From Bacteroidia bacterium (lineage in GTDB: Bacteria; Bacteroidota; Bacteroidia; NS11-12g; UBA9320), in the NCBI GenBank assembly GCA_965216465.1, contig CBDCFW010000006.1:864001-928000 (forward strand): DNA of 64,000 bases, read 5' to 3'. Positions 49,110 to 58,684 of the stretch are shown here, piece after piece. The notes below the pieces were generated by a model that made no database searches, had not been told where the DNA came from, and saw nothing but the letters and a program-made list of their open reading frames with translations. The position numbers and the translations under genes were made by a program. Position 1 is the first letter of the stretch. Each line of letters starts with the position of its first letter.

Positions 49110-51547
49110 AACTTAATGAACTTCGCTCTGTATTGAAGATCGTCATCAGTTAAGTGCAAGTAGTACATTCCAGGAGTTAATTCACCAACAAACAGCTTTT
49201 GCTGATTGGTATTGCCGGCCATTACCTGTTTTCCTGAAGTATTAAGAATGCTATAATCGACACGCTGAACTCCATCCGGAAGTTCAAAGTGTATGTGATT
49301 CCAAGTTGGGTTAGGGTAGATGTCTACTTGGCTCTTTAAAGGAGATTGTGGTACAGAAACCAATTCATTGTCTACAATGGCATAAACCCAATTGGTCAAT
49401 TCTGGATCGAAGTAATCAAATGTTACATTAGCTTGATTTGTAAGCACTATGCCTTCACTTATTTCATCTGTCAATCCAAGTTCGAAGGCCACATAGCCTC
49501 TGTTGTTAACAATTTCTGGGTTCTTGCTGGGGTTGGGTGGCAGATTGATGTTGTTAAAGGTGTATACGATTATTCCAATGTTTGTTCCTGGTTGTCCTGA
49601 ATAAATTTGAATAGAGTAAGGATGACTCGCTCCCAATTCTCTAACATGCGTTAAACTGTGATTAAGTCCTATGGTGTCAACAACGTAAACATTTCGGATA
49701 GTGTCGGTGGTGTAATTCGCAAATGAAATTTGATATTGAATTTTGTCTGAAGTATCTGAAATGTAGGCCGTATCACCTCCAATACTAGGGAATACCTGTT
49801 TTTTAAATTCGAAATCACCTTCTTCCAGGTATTGAGTAAGTGATGATGAGTTATCAAAGATTTCTTCTTCATTTTCTTGCAGCTCAATCGATGCCTCAAG
49901 TTCAACGGTGTTAGATGTGTTATCAGTCAGTTCAAATTCGCAGGCTATTTGACGTGATTCACCTGAATAAAAATCTGCAATAGTCCAAACGGCACTGTCG
50001 CCTGCTATCAAGTCCGGAGCGGGTTTAGCAGCAAGACCATCCAACTTTTGGTCAAAGTGCAATACAACCTTGGTTTCGGCAACATCCGAAGAGCCTTTGT
50101 TTGTGATGTCAATTCGATAAGCATTATGTCTATTTTTCAAAGCTGCCAACCCTGATGTCGATGTTAAATTTACACTCAAGTCGTTCTTTCCTAAGTATTG
50201 CAGCATTGCAAAGCTTGCTGAATCGTGAACCTGACCTTTTCTAACGTTAACTTTAATTTCATCACCGTTACACTCACTGGCATACCAGTATTTGCGGGTT
50301 AATATTTTAAATGAGTGATTTCCTTCTTCAAGTATCGCAAAGAACCTTCCGTTATCATTTGGTCGGATAATTATGTTTTCGGGCAATACCTGAATCGCCA
50401 TTATGTTGAGTTGTTCATCGCGATTGTTGAATATACAGTTCTTGTCTTTATCGAAAAACACACGGCCAGTTACTATTCCGGCGTTTGGAACATATTGGGC
50501 AATTCTCCTTAAATCAACAGATGAAAATCCAGTGAAATGACCCGTTGCAACAAGTGTGTTTTTATAATTTACAAGTCGTGTTAGTCCCAAAAGTGAACCA
50601 TTTTTTAATGCGTGCCATTTACCTCCATCGAGTACAATCAATCTTGTTTCAGTTTGGTCATTATCGTCCATGGTAAATACGCCACTAGCATACAATACTC
50701 CATCAACTTGAATGAGGTCATAGATTTTTGAAATTTCAGCTATTCCGTGTTCAATGGTGTCTATACCAGATCCTGAAACTTTATAAATGCCAGATTGAGA
50801 AGAGTTGAGTTTATTTCCAAAAAAGTAAATTAAGCTGTTGTGCACCGCTATTTTTTGTGGAATGATTGGATTATTGGTTAAACGGGTCCAAAGACCATTC
50901 TTGAAATAAGCTAATTGTGCCGCGGCTTGACCACTTACCTTACTGAATCTACCTCCAATTACAAGCATGTCATCTTGTTCAGCATTAATATATCCAATAT
51001 TCCCTAGCACACCTGTTCCAAAATTTACAGGCATAGCAACAAGCTCATTCCCATTGTAAACAATTAAATCATCTCCGTTTATCGAAGCAGTATTTTTAAG
51101 TGGACCATAAATGAGTAATCGATTGCTATACGTAGTCATTCCATCAACAAAAGTGAAACTGGTTAGCTTGCGTTGTATTACTGGAATAGAGGAGTACTTA
51201 CGATCCTTCCAAACAACAAGATTTCTTGAAGAGTCTAGGTCATTTACTTGCTTAAACTTACCTCCAATGTAAAGCTCGCCTTTAAATAATGCGAGCGAAG
51301 TAATCAGCCCCAACGAGTCGGTCTTAATTTGTGGCAGCATTTGCCAATAAATTCCATTCCATACACTTATTTGGTGAGTTCTTGTGCTTCCATCAGTAGA
51401 AACAATATGAGCTGTCAGCAACAAATGATTAAAAGTTGCAGTAGCAGTTGGAGCATTGGTCAAACCTGAGCCCAAAGGTCTCCAAACTTGTGCCTGACTG
51501 CCTATAACGGCTATCAATAAGCTATAAACTATTATTAATCTTCTCAT
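49106..51547 (-). CDS. T9SS type A-sorted protein (propeller-like repeats, Ig/DUF11-like and DUF7619-like domains)
   Basis: Signal peptide, repeated GG.F motifs, G.VF.D.D.NC, YQISFAN, N.A...FD, YPNP..GMYYL..KFIK. Confidence 0.75.
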   Translation of the reverse strand: MRRLIIVYSLLIAVIGSQAQVWRPLGSGLTNAPTATATFNHLLLTAHIVSTDGSTRTHQISVWNGIYWQMLPQIKTDSLGLITSLALFKGELYIGGKFKQVNDLDSSRNLVVWKDRKYSSIPVIQRKLTSFTFVDGMTTYSNRLLIYGPLKNTASINGDDLIVYNGNELVAMPVNFGTGVLGNIGYINAEQDDMLVIGGRFSKVSGQAAAQLAYFKNGLWTRLTNNPIIPQKIAVHNSLIYFFGNKLNSSQSGIYKVSGSGIDTIEHGIAEISKIYDLIQVDGVLYASGVFTMDDNDQTETRLIVLDGGKWHALKNGSLLGLTRLVNYKNTLVATGHFTGFSSVDLRRIAQYVPNAGIVTGRVFFDKDKNCIFNNRDEQLNIMAIQVLPENIIIRPNDNGRFFAILEEGNHSFKILTRKYWYASECNGDEIKVNVRKGQVHDSASFAMLQYLGKNDLSVNLTSTSGLAALKNRHNAYRIDITNKGSSDVAETKVVLHFDQKLDGLAAKPAPDLIAGDSAVWTIADFYSGESRQIACEFELTDNTSNTVELEASIELQENEEEIFDNSSSLTQYLEEGDFEFKKQVFPSIGGDTAYISDTSDKIQYQISFANYTTDTIRNVYVVDTIGLNHSLTHVRELGASHPYSIQIYSGQPGTNIGIIVYTFNNINLPPNPSKNPEIVNNRGYVAFELGLTDEISEGIVLTNQANVTFDYFDPELTNWVYAIVDNELVSVPQSPLKSQVDIYPNPTWNHIHFELPDGVQRVDYSILNTSGKQVMAGNTNQQKLFVGELTPGMYYLHLTDDDLQYRAKFIKF

Positions 51548-51550
51548 ATT

Positions 51551-52942
51551 CTACTTGTTTAAATGGTAATACACACCAACTCCAAATCCATATCGAGTAA
51601 ACTTTTGTTTGATCACTGTAGATGAAAGGGTATTGGTTAAATCCTGGCTAATGCTGGTGTTAAGTTGCAAGGTAAATTGCTGATTCATGCGATAATTAAG
51701 TCGAATAGATCCACCGGCATCTATTAATAGTTTGTTTAGGGGTAGGTCGTTTAATGAAGTTGGTTTAATTCCTGTAGAAAGTACATCTCCTTTGGCTCCA
51801 ACTAACACACCAATGTTTGACTGCAGATTGGTTTCTACATTAAATCTTGTACTGATATAGAATGTTTTTCCAAGTAGCACAGGAACAGAAATGTAACTAT
51901 ACGTTGGGCTCGAGAACTGACTATTCAGTGTTGTGTCTCTATAGTTAAAATAGAAGTAATCTACCGTATCTTGGCCAATAATGTGAGGTATGCTATCAAA
52001 CAGTTGGTACGTCAACGCTTGTGTTGATTGCCCTTTTTGTAGGAATGAAATACCAGTTCCTAAGTTCAAAGATTTCATATTCATCTTGTACATAAGGTCG
52101 TATGACATCAATACGCGACTGGTCTCGTTTTGTGCTCTGTAATTCTCATAATCTTGGTGCTCGGCTGCTCCAGCAATTGACTGTGAATTAATCATCGGAT
52201 TGATGTTAAATCCGATTGTTGGATTTGTAAAGCGTGGTGGTTGTGGTAATGTACCTGCATTCACTTTGGTGTCTGGTTCCTTTGAAGCTTTAATGGCATT
52301 GCGGTCTAAAACGTAAGGTATTTCATCTAAACCAATGGATTTTATAGAGAAGCTATGAATCTCAGCTAATGTGTACTCTTTTCGTATAGTAAGATCTGCT
52401 ATTGAGGGAGTTGGTTTAGGTTCCATTGGTTTTGTTAATGGAGTTTCATCCGCTGGTACTTCATCTTCCGAACTTGGAGTTGAATTATTTGCTGGCTGCT
52501 CAATAACCGGACTTGCATCAACAACTTCAACTTCCTCTGAACTACTCGCACTTACTTGTTCCGCTATTGGGTTACTTGGCTCTGAAACAGTCTCGCTTAT
52601 CGTATTAGAAGTCTCAGAAATGGCTTCTTCAGCTGACAACTCTTCTTGAGATGTTCTCTCTTCAGTTGAAATTTCATTTAGCTCATCAAAGTTTGTCTCT
52701 GCAACAAGTTCCGTTTCGGCGTCATTGTTTTCAGTGGTACTATCTGACTTTGAAGCCACAACATACCAAACCCCAGCAGAAAGAAGGAGGGCAGGCAATA
52801 ACCAAATCCACCATCCAAAGCGTTTCTTCTTAGGATGCAATTCATTGGCAATAGCATCCCACTCGTTACCGGTTAATGGTAACTCGCTGTCGTTCAAAAG
52901 GTCTTTGAACAAATCGTCGATATGCTTCTTTTGCTTAGCCAA
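51551..52942 (-). CDS. Putative dual-membrane-spanning anti-sigma factor (cytoplasmic domain-TM-disordered linker-OM beta-barrel)
   Basis: IDDLFK..W..I N-terminal domain, TM WWIWLLPALLLSAGVWYVV, long E/S/T/P linker, C-terminal GFGVGVYYHL barrel end; overlaps the ECF stop. Confidence 0.7.
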   Translation of the reverse strand: MAKQKKHIDDLFKDLLNDSELPLTGNEWDAIANELHPKKKRFGWWIWLLPALLLSAGVWYVVASKSDSTTENNDAETELVAETNFDELNEISTEERTSQEELSAEEAISETSNTISETVSEPSNPIAEQVSASSSEEVEVVDASPVIEQPANNSTPSSEDEVPADETPLTKPMEPKPTPSIADLTIRKEYTLAEIHSFSIKSIGLDEIPYVLDRNAIKASKEPDTKVNAGTLPQPPRFTNPTIGFNINPMINSQSIAGAAEHQDYENYRAQNETSRVLMSYDLMYKMNMKSLNLGTGISFLQKGQSTQALTYQLFDSIPHIIGQDTVDYFYFNYRDTTLNSQFSSPTYSYISVPVLLGKTFYISTRFNVETNLQSNIGVLVGAKGDVLSTGIKPTSLNDLPLNKLLIDAGGSIRLNYRMNQQFTLQLNTSISQDLTNTLSSTVIKQKFTRYGFGVGVYYHLNK

Positions 52943-53507
52943 TGTTAAATCTTTCTTTTACAATTGTTTTTAGCAACTTCCGAGCTCTAGCTAATTGAGA
53001 CTTAGAAGTTCCTTCGCTAATATTTAGTTTCTCTGCAATCTGCTTATGGGTAAACCCATCTATGGCATACAAGTTAAAAACCATTTTATATCCATCGGGT
53101 AATTCGTTGATCGCTTTGTATAAGTCAGCTACTTTGATTTGATCATCATCGTATTCAACTTCATCAACATAAGATTCGCCTGAAGCCTTGTAGATGTCTT
53201 CATCGCTATCGTAGTAGTTGAATTTAATACTCCCCTTAAAATGGTCTATCGCCGTGTATATCATAATTCGGGTCATCCAAGTTTGCAATTTACTCTTCCC
53301 GTTAAACTTATCAATCTGTCTAAAGATCTTAATAAATCCTTCGTGTAAAGCATCTTTTGCATCTTCTAAATTTGGACAATATCGTGCACATACACCCAGC
53401 ATCTTGCCTGCGTACTCTTCAAACAATTGTTTTTGAGCTCTAGGGTCGTTGTTAATGCAGGCTGAAATAAGTTCCTGTTCATGTGCCAAATTATCCTTTT
53501 TACTCAT
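52935..53507 (-). CDS. ECF RNA polymerase sigma factor
   Basis: AQKQLF, DALHEGFIKIF, WMTRI, LPDGYKMVFNLYAIDGFTHKQIA..GTSKSQL; true start may be the TTG at 53489. Confidence 0.92.
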   Translation of the reverse strand: MSKKDNLAHEQELISACINNDPRAQKQLFEEYAGKMLGVCARYCPNLEDAKDALHEGFIKIFRQIDKFNGKSKLQTWMTRIMIYTAIDHFKGSIKFNYYDSDEDIYKASGESYVDEVEYDDDQIKVADLYKAINELPDGYKMVFNLYAIDGFTHKQIAEKLNISEGTSKSQLARARKLLKTIVKERFNIG

Positions 53508-53535
53508 TAGTCGGGCAAATGCCTAAAGGGTTGCA
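53506..53535 (-). promoter_or_regulatory. Putative autoregulated ECF promoter TGCAACC-N16-GACTAAT
   Basis: Directly upstream of the ECF gene; matching copy at 58644-58673. Confidence 0.65.
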
Positions 53536-53658
53536 TCGAATTTTAAATATTTTATAAAATAAATTATTCGCTTCGAAACTTTAGGAACCTAAATACCCAC
53601 AACGAGTTGAATTTTAACGATTTAAAATAGTCGGTTTGTATACATATTTAGCCATTTT

Positions 53659-55017
53659 TTAGTTAAAAATAGCTTGAAACATTTGATAAATGCTTCCAAC
53701 TTCGTGAATACGAATACTGTAGTCTTTCTTGTTGATATCCAGCTGGTTAGACAAGTAAAAGTCTTTAAAACCAAGCTTTTCAGCCTCTTTTAAGCGTTGA
53801 TCAATTCGATTTACGCCACGAACTTCACCGCTTAAACCTATTTCACCTGCAAAAACCGTCTTTGGAGGAAGAGCAACATTTTCGAGCGACGATACTATTG
53901 ACGCAGCAATGCCTAAATCTGTGGCAGGATCTGCTATTTTTAAACCTCCAGCAATATTTACAAATACATCCTGAGCCGCAAGTTTATACCCGCAGCGTTT
54001 CTCTAACACTGCGAGTAACATATTCAGTCGTTTGATGTCATATCCATTGGTATTTCGCTGGGGGTTGCCGTATACTGCTGCTCCCACAAGAGCCTGAGTT
54101 TCAATAAGCAAACTTCTGTTTCCCTCGAGAGATGCTACAACTCCTACTCCCGACAAGTTCTCACTTCGTTGATTGATGAGAATTTCAGATGGATTGTCTA
54201 CTTCACGCATTCCTTCTGAGGTCATTTCGTAAATGCCTAGTTCTAAGCTACTTCCGAATCTATTTTTTAAAGTTCTTAAAATTCGATAAGAGTTTTGAGT
54301 CTCTCCTTCAAACTGAAGCACAGTATCAACCATATGTTCAAGCAGCTTAGGTCCGGCAAGCTGACCTTCTTTGGTGATGTGCCCTACAAGTATAATTGGC
54401 ACCTCATGTTTTTTGGCATACTGAATAAGCAAAGCACTGCTTTCACGAATTTGGGATATAGTACCAGGCGTAGACTCTAAGTATTTCGAATACATGGTCT
54501 GAATGGAATCAATAATAACAAACGAAGGCTTTGCAGTTTTTATATGATGAATGATGTTCTCGACACAGGTTTCGTTCAAGAGGTGACATTCTTCATTGGT
54601 TATGCCAATGCGATCTGCCCTCATTTTTATTTGACTTAGGCTTTCCTCACCACTAACATAAAGCACTTGTTTATTCATACGAAGTGCCGATTGCAGCAGA
54701 AGGGTCGACTTTCCTATGCCTGGTTCTCCACCAAGTAAAACCACTGAACCCGGTACGATTCCACCACCTAAAACTCTATTCAGTTCTGTTCCAGGAGCTT
54801 TTAATCGCTGCAGTTGAATAGCGTCTACATCTTTAATGGCTGTAACAACTCCTTCAATTTCTGCAAGTTTGAATGCACCGGTCTTAGATTTTGCGACCAC
54901 TTCTTCGTGAATGGTATTGTACTCTCCACAAGAGAAGCATTTCCCCATCATTTTAGCATAGTTGCTTCCACAATTTGAGCAGATATAGGTTGTTTTTGTT
55001 TTAGCCATGGTTTTCAT
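53659..55017 (-). CDS. radA: DNA repair protein RadA/Sms
   Basis: C4 zinc finger, GEPGIGKST, KNRFG, Lon-like C-terminal domain. Confidence 0.95.
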   Translation of the reverse strand: MKTMAKTKTTYICSNCGSNYAKMMGKCFSCGEYNTIHEEVVAKSKTGAFKLAEIEGVVTAIKDVDAIQLQRLKAPGTELNRVLGGGIVPGSVVLLGGEPGIGKSTLLLQSALRMNKQVLYVSGEESLSQIKMRADRIGITNEECHLLNETCVENIIHHIKTAKPSFVIIDSIQTMYSKYLESTPGTISQIRESSALLIQYAKKHEVPIILVGHITKEGQLAGPKLLEHMVDTVLQFEGETQNSYRILRTLKNRFGSSLELGIYEMTSEGMREVDNPSEILINQRSENLSGVGVVASLEGNRSLLIETQALVGAAVYGNPQRNTNGYDIKRLNMLLAVLEKRCGYKLAAQDVFVNIAGGLKIADPATDLGIAASIVSSLENVALPPKTVFAGEIGLSGEVRGVNRIDQRLKEAEKLGFKDFYLSNQLDINKKDYSIRIHEVGSIYQMFQAIFN

Positions 55018-55205
55018 ATCCCAATTTGACCATTGGTAAAGCGAAAATGGTTGTTTTTATACTTTAATAAAAATTAAATACTGAGTTGCTGAATTTTGAG
55101 TTCAAATAATGTTAAATAAAACTTAATTTAAGCGTGAGAATGACCGTCGATACTCAAAATTTTCTATTTTTGTCCGCAATACGAAATAATAAGTCAAAAA
55201 ATAAA

Positions 55206-56066
55206 ATGAAAAAATTCACATCCTTATTAATGTTATTAGCTATAATGACATTTAGTGTTCAAACTGTATTTGCTCAAGACGAGCCTGTTGAAGAGGAAGC
55301 AACTGAGGTTGTAGATAGTTCAGCTGCTGAGGCTGGAGATTCTACAGAAGCTGACGATGAAGCAGAATCAGAAGAAATGGCTGCAGGTGCAGATGAAGCT
55401 GGGGAAGATGCTCCAAAAAAGAAAAAAGGAGGACATCAAGTACTTAAAAGCAAGTTTATTGAAGGGGGTCCAGCATTTATGGCTCTTCCTTTATTGTGTC
55501 TTATCCTAGGTTTAGCAATTGCCGTTGAAAGAATTATTTCTTTATTCTGGATGTCTATCAACACAGACAAATTTGTTGAAGAAGTTGCAGACAGAGTTGA
55601 AAGCGGAGATATTGAAGGAGCTAAAGAATTATGTAGAAATACAAGAGGTCCTGTTGCCAGTGTATTCTACCAAGGTTTAGATAGAGCTTCGCAAGGCTCA
55701 ATTGAAGTTGTTGAAAAAGCAGTTATCGGTTACGGTTCTGTTCAAATGGGACAACTTGAAAAAGGTCTAGTATGGTTATCATTATTCATTGCTCTAGCAC
55801 CAATGCTTGGGTTCATGGGTACAGTAATTGGTATGATTGAAGCCTTTGACGAAATTGAAAGAGTTGGAGATATCGCACCAGCGGTTGTAGCAAACGGTAT
55901 CAAGATTGCACTTCTTACTACGGTAGCTGGTCTTATCGTAGCAATTATCCTTCAATTATTCTATAACTACGTTGTATCTAAAATCGATTCAATTGTAAAT
56001 AGAATGGAAGAAGCATCTATCTCATTAGTTGATATATTAGTTAAGAACAAAGTAGTTAAAGCATAA
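55206..56066 (+). CDS. exbB: MotA/TolQ/ExbB proton channel protein
   Basis: Signal + acidic linker, FIEGG, APMLGFMGTVIGMI, ALLTTVAGL. Confidence 0.9.
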   Translation: MKKFTSLLMLLAIMTFSVQTVFAQDEPVEEEATEVVDSSAAEAGDSTEADDEAESEEMAAGADEAGEDAPKKKKGGHQVLKSKFIEGGPAFMALPLLCLILGLAIAVERIISLFWMSINTDKFVEEVADRVESGDIEGAKELCRNTRGPVASVFYQGLDRASQGSIEVVEKAVIGYGSVQMGQLEKGLVWLSLFIALAPMLGFMGTVIGMIEAFDEIERVGDIAPAVVANGIKIALLTTVAGLIVAIILQLFYNYVVSKIDSIVNRMEEASISLVDILVKNKVVKA

Positions 56067-56497
56067 TGAATAACATAATTAAGATCATATTTTATGTTGT
56101 TGTAGTTGCTGCCTTACTTGTTGGTATAGTTGGGTACCTTTGGATTGGTGATGGAGTAGTTGCCGATTCAAAAGGAAGCTCAATTAGCCTTATTGTTTCG
56201 TACATATTACTTATCGTTGCTATTGGTTTTACACTGGTTGCTTCGATTGGAAATATGGTACAAAACCCAAAGTCTTCGGTTAAATTGTTAATCGGAATTG
56301 GTGCTGTAATCGTAATTGGAGCTATAGGATATTTAGCTTCTTCAGGTGTAGTACTAGACGAGTGGGAGTCAAAAGGAGTTACAACAGCTAGTCAATCGAA
56401 ATGGATTGATGCCGGATGGTACCTAGTATATGGAATACTTGGTATTTCAATCATAGGAATTTTAGTTTCAGAGTTTTCGGGACTATTTAAAAAGTAA
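56066..56497 (+). CDS. Membrane protein of the exbB-exbD operon
   Basis: 4 TM helices, NPK motif; translationally coupled to exbB. Confidence 0.7.
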   Translation: MNNIIKIIFYVVVVAALLVGIVGYLWIGDGVVADSKGSSISLIVSYILLIVAIGFTLVASIGNMVQNPKSSVKLLIGIGAVIVIGAIGYLASSGVVLDEWESKGVTTASQSKWIDAGWYLVYGILGISIIGILVSEFSGLFKK

Positions 56498-56503
56498 AAA
56501 TAC

Positions 56504-57049
56504 ATGTCAAGAAAAAGTAGAGGAATACCAGAAATTAATGCAGGTTCGATGGCGGATATAGCCTTCCTATTGCTTGTATTTTTCCTGGTAACCACCACTA
56601 TGGATATACCGACAGGTTTGCAAGTTGCCTTGCCACCTATTACTGATGAACCGCCACCAGAGTCGCAACAACGACAAAGAGAGGTTTTAGAAGTTTTGGT
56701 GAATGCATCGGATCAACTGTTGGTAGAAAAAGAGTTGATGAGCATTGATCAGTTGAGACAAAAGACTGTCGATCACTTGACCAATGAGGGTAGAAACCCT
56801 AACCTATCATCGACGTCTACAAAAGCAATTGTTTCTTTAAAGAATGACCGTGGTACATCATATGATATGTATGTGCAGGTTTATAATGAGCTTACCGCCG
56901 CTTACAATGAAGTAAGAGACGATTACGCGATGAAGAAGTTTGGCAAGCCTTACAAAAAGCTAACCAAAGAAGCTCAAGTAGATGAAGTTAAAGCAAAGTA
57001 TCCGAAAAAGCTTTCGGAAGCAGAACCAGTAAGTTTAGGAGGAAGTTAA
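56504..57049 (+). CDS. exbD: ExbD/TolR family protein
   Basis: [30 protein letters not shown]. Confidence 0.9.
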   Translation: MSRKSRGIPEINAGSMADIAFLLLVFFLVTTTMDIPTGLQVALPPITDEPPPESQQRQREVLEVLVNASDQLLVEKELMSIDQLRQKTVDHLTNEGRNPNLSSTSTKAIVSLKNDRGTSYDMYVQVYNELTAAYNEVRDDYAMKKFGKPYKKLTKEAQVDEVKAKYPKKLSEAEPVSLGGS

Positions 57050-57510
57050 TGTCAAAGTTTAAACAGAAAAAGAGTAAAGGATCTGCGGCGATTAACACGT
57101 CAGCACTTCCAGATATCGTATTCATGCTTTTATTCTTCTTTATGGTGGCAACCAAAATGAGGGATAGAGAAATGAAGGTTAAAACAACACTTCCTAAAGC
57201 GACGGAAGTTGAAAAGCTTGAGAAAAAATCTCGATTGCATTACATCTTTGTTGGTCCTCCAATGAAATCTGAGATCTACGGTACAACGCCTAGAATTCAG
57301 CTTGATGACAAGTTTGCAACGATTGATGATATTCAACAATATATTACCCTTAAAAACAGTGAAAAGGATGAAGCGGAGGTTAAATATATGACCACCTCGC
57401 TAAAAGCCGATAAATCTGTTAAAATGGGTATAGTAACGGATATCAAACAAGAGCTGAGACAAGTGAACGCCCTCAAACTCAGTTATACTGCATCGAAAGA
57501 TGTAGACTAA
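57049..57510 (+). CDS. exbD: ExbD/TolR family protein
   Basis: TSALPDIVFMLLFFFMV, KAD..MG. Confidence 0.9.
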   Translation: MSKFKQKKSKGSAAINTSALPDIVFMLLFFFMVATKMRDREMKVKTTLPKATEVEKLEKKSRLHYIFVGPPMKSEIYGTTPRIQLDDKFATIDDIQQYITLKNSEKDEAEVKYMTTSLKADKSVKMGIVTDIKQELRQVNALKLSYTASKDVD

Positions 57511-57527
57511 ATGAAGATTTATTATTG

Positions 57528-57556
57528 AAAAAAGAGAGCATTTGCTCTCTTTTTTT
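57528..57556 (+). terminator. Intrinsic terminator
   Basis: AAAGAGAGC-ATTT-GCTCTCTTT + T tract. Confidence 0.8.
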
Positions 57557-57596
57557 GTTTCTACACTAAATACTCTTGTAAATTGCGAACCGTTTC

Positions 57597-58571
57597 ATGG
57601 CATCCAAACTGGCCTACATAAAATCTCCAATTGAAGCTGAACTTAAAATCTTTGAAGAAAGATTTAGAGACAGCGTAAGAAGTAAGGTTTCTCTGTTGGA
57701 TACCATCATGAATTACATCGTGAAACGCAAAGGGAAACAAATGAGACCTTTGCTCGTTCTGCACTGTGCTAAACTGTTCGGTGAAGTAAATGAAGCTACC
57801 TACAGAGGAGCAGCACTGGTTGAATTGCTTCACACGGCTACCTTAGTTCATGACGATGTAGTTGATGAGTCTAATATGCGAAGAGGCTTTTTCTCAATCA
57901 ATGCATTATGGAAGAATAAAATTGCCGTTTTGGTTGGAGATTATTTACTTTCTAAGGGATTACTACTCGCATTAAAGAATAAAGACTTTAAGGCCCTCGA
58001 AATACTGTCTACAGCTGTAGAACAAATGAGTGAAGGAGAGCTTCTTCAAATGGAGAAGGCACGTAAGCTTGATATAACTGAAGAAGTCTATTTTGATATC
58101 ATCACCAAAAAAACAGCATCTCTTCTCGCTAGCTGTTGCGGAATTGGTGCTTACACCACGAATCAATCTGAAGAAACAATAAGAAAGATTATTGAAATGG
58201 GCGAGGCCGTTGGTATTGCCTTTCAAATAAAAGATGATCTTTTTGACTATGGTGACAACAAGGTTGGAAAGCCAACAGGAATCGACATTGTCGAAAAGAA
58301 AATGACACTTCCTTTGATTTATGCACTGAATCAATCATCCAAAAAAGAAAAACGCAAGATTATTGGCATCGTTAAAAAGTCGAAAAAGTCTAAAAAAGAG
58401 GTTAATGAAGTGATCGCCTTTGTGAAAGAAAAAGGGGGTATCGACTATGCCCAAAACAGAATGCTCGAGTACAAAGAAAAAGCCGATAACATTCTTAAAA
58501 ACCTCGAAACATCTTCATCAACAGAATATATTCTAGCGCTAATTTCATACGTAATCGAACGTAAGAAATAA
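57597..58571 (+). CDS. ispB: Polyprenyl diphosphate synthase
   Basis: GKQMRP, HDDVVD..RRG, GDYL, KTA, FQIKDD. Confidence 0.88.
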   Translation: MASKLAYIKSPIEAELKIFEERFRDSVRSKVSLLDTIMNYIVKRKGKQMRPLLVLHCAKLFGEVNEATYRGAALVELLHTATLVHDDVVDESNMRRGFFSINALWKNKIAVLVGDYLLSKGLLLALKNKDFKALEILSTAVEQMSEGELLQMEKARKLDITEEVYFDIITKKTASLLASCCGIGAYTTNQSEETIRKIIEMGEAVGIAFQIKDDLFDYGDNKVGKPTGIDIVEKKMTLPLIYALNQSSKKEKRKIIGIVKKSKKSKKEVNEVIAFVKEKGGIDYAQNRMLEYKEKADNILKNLETSSSTEYILALISYVIERKK

Positions 58572-58643
58572 AAATTATATCAGTTTAAAACACTGTATAT
58601 CAACGAAGTATAGCTTCGACATAAAAATATTTTAAAATTTTCG

Positions 58644-58673
58644 TGCAACCATCATGCATTTGGCGAGACCAAT
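58644..58673 (+). promoter_or_regulatory. Putative ECF promoter TGCAACC-N16-GACCAAT
   Basis: Matches the motif, spacing and upstream A/T tract found before the ECF gene at 53507. Confidence 0.6.
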
Positions 58674-58684
58674 AGAAACAAAAA

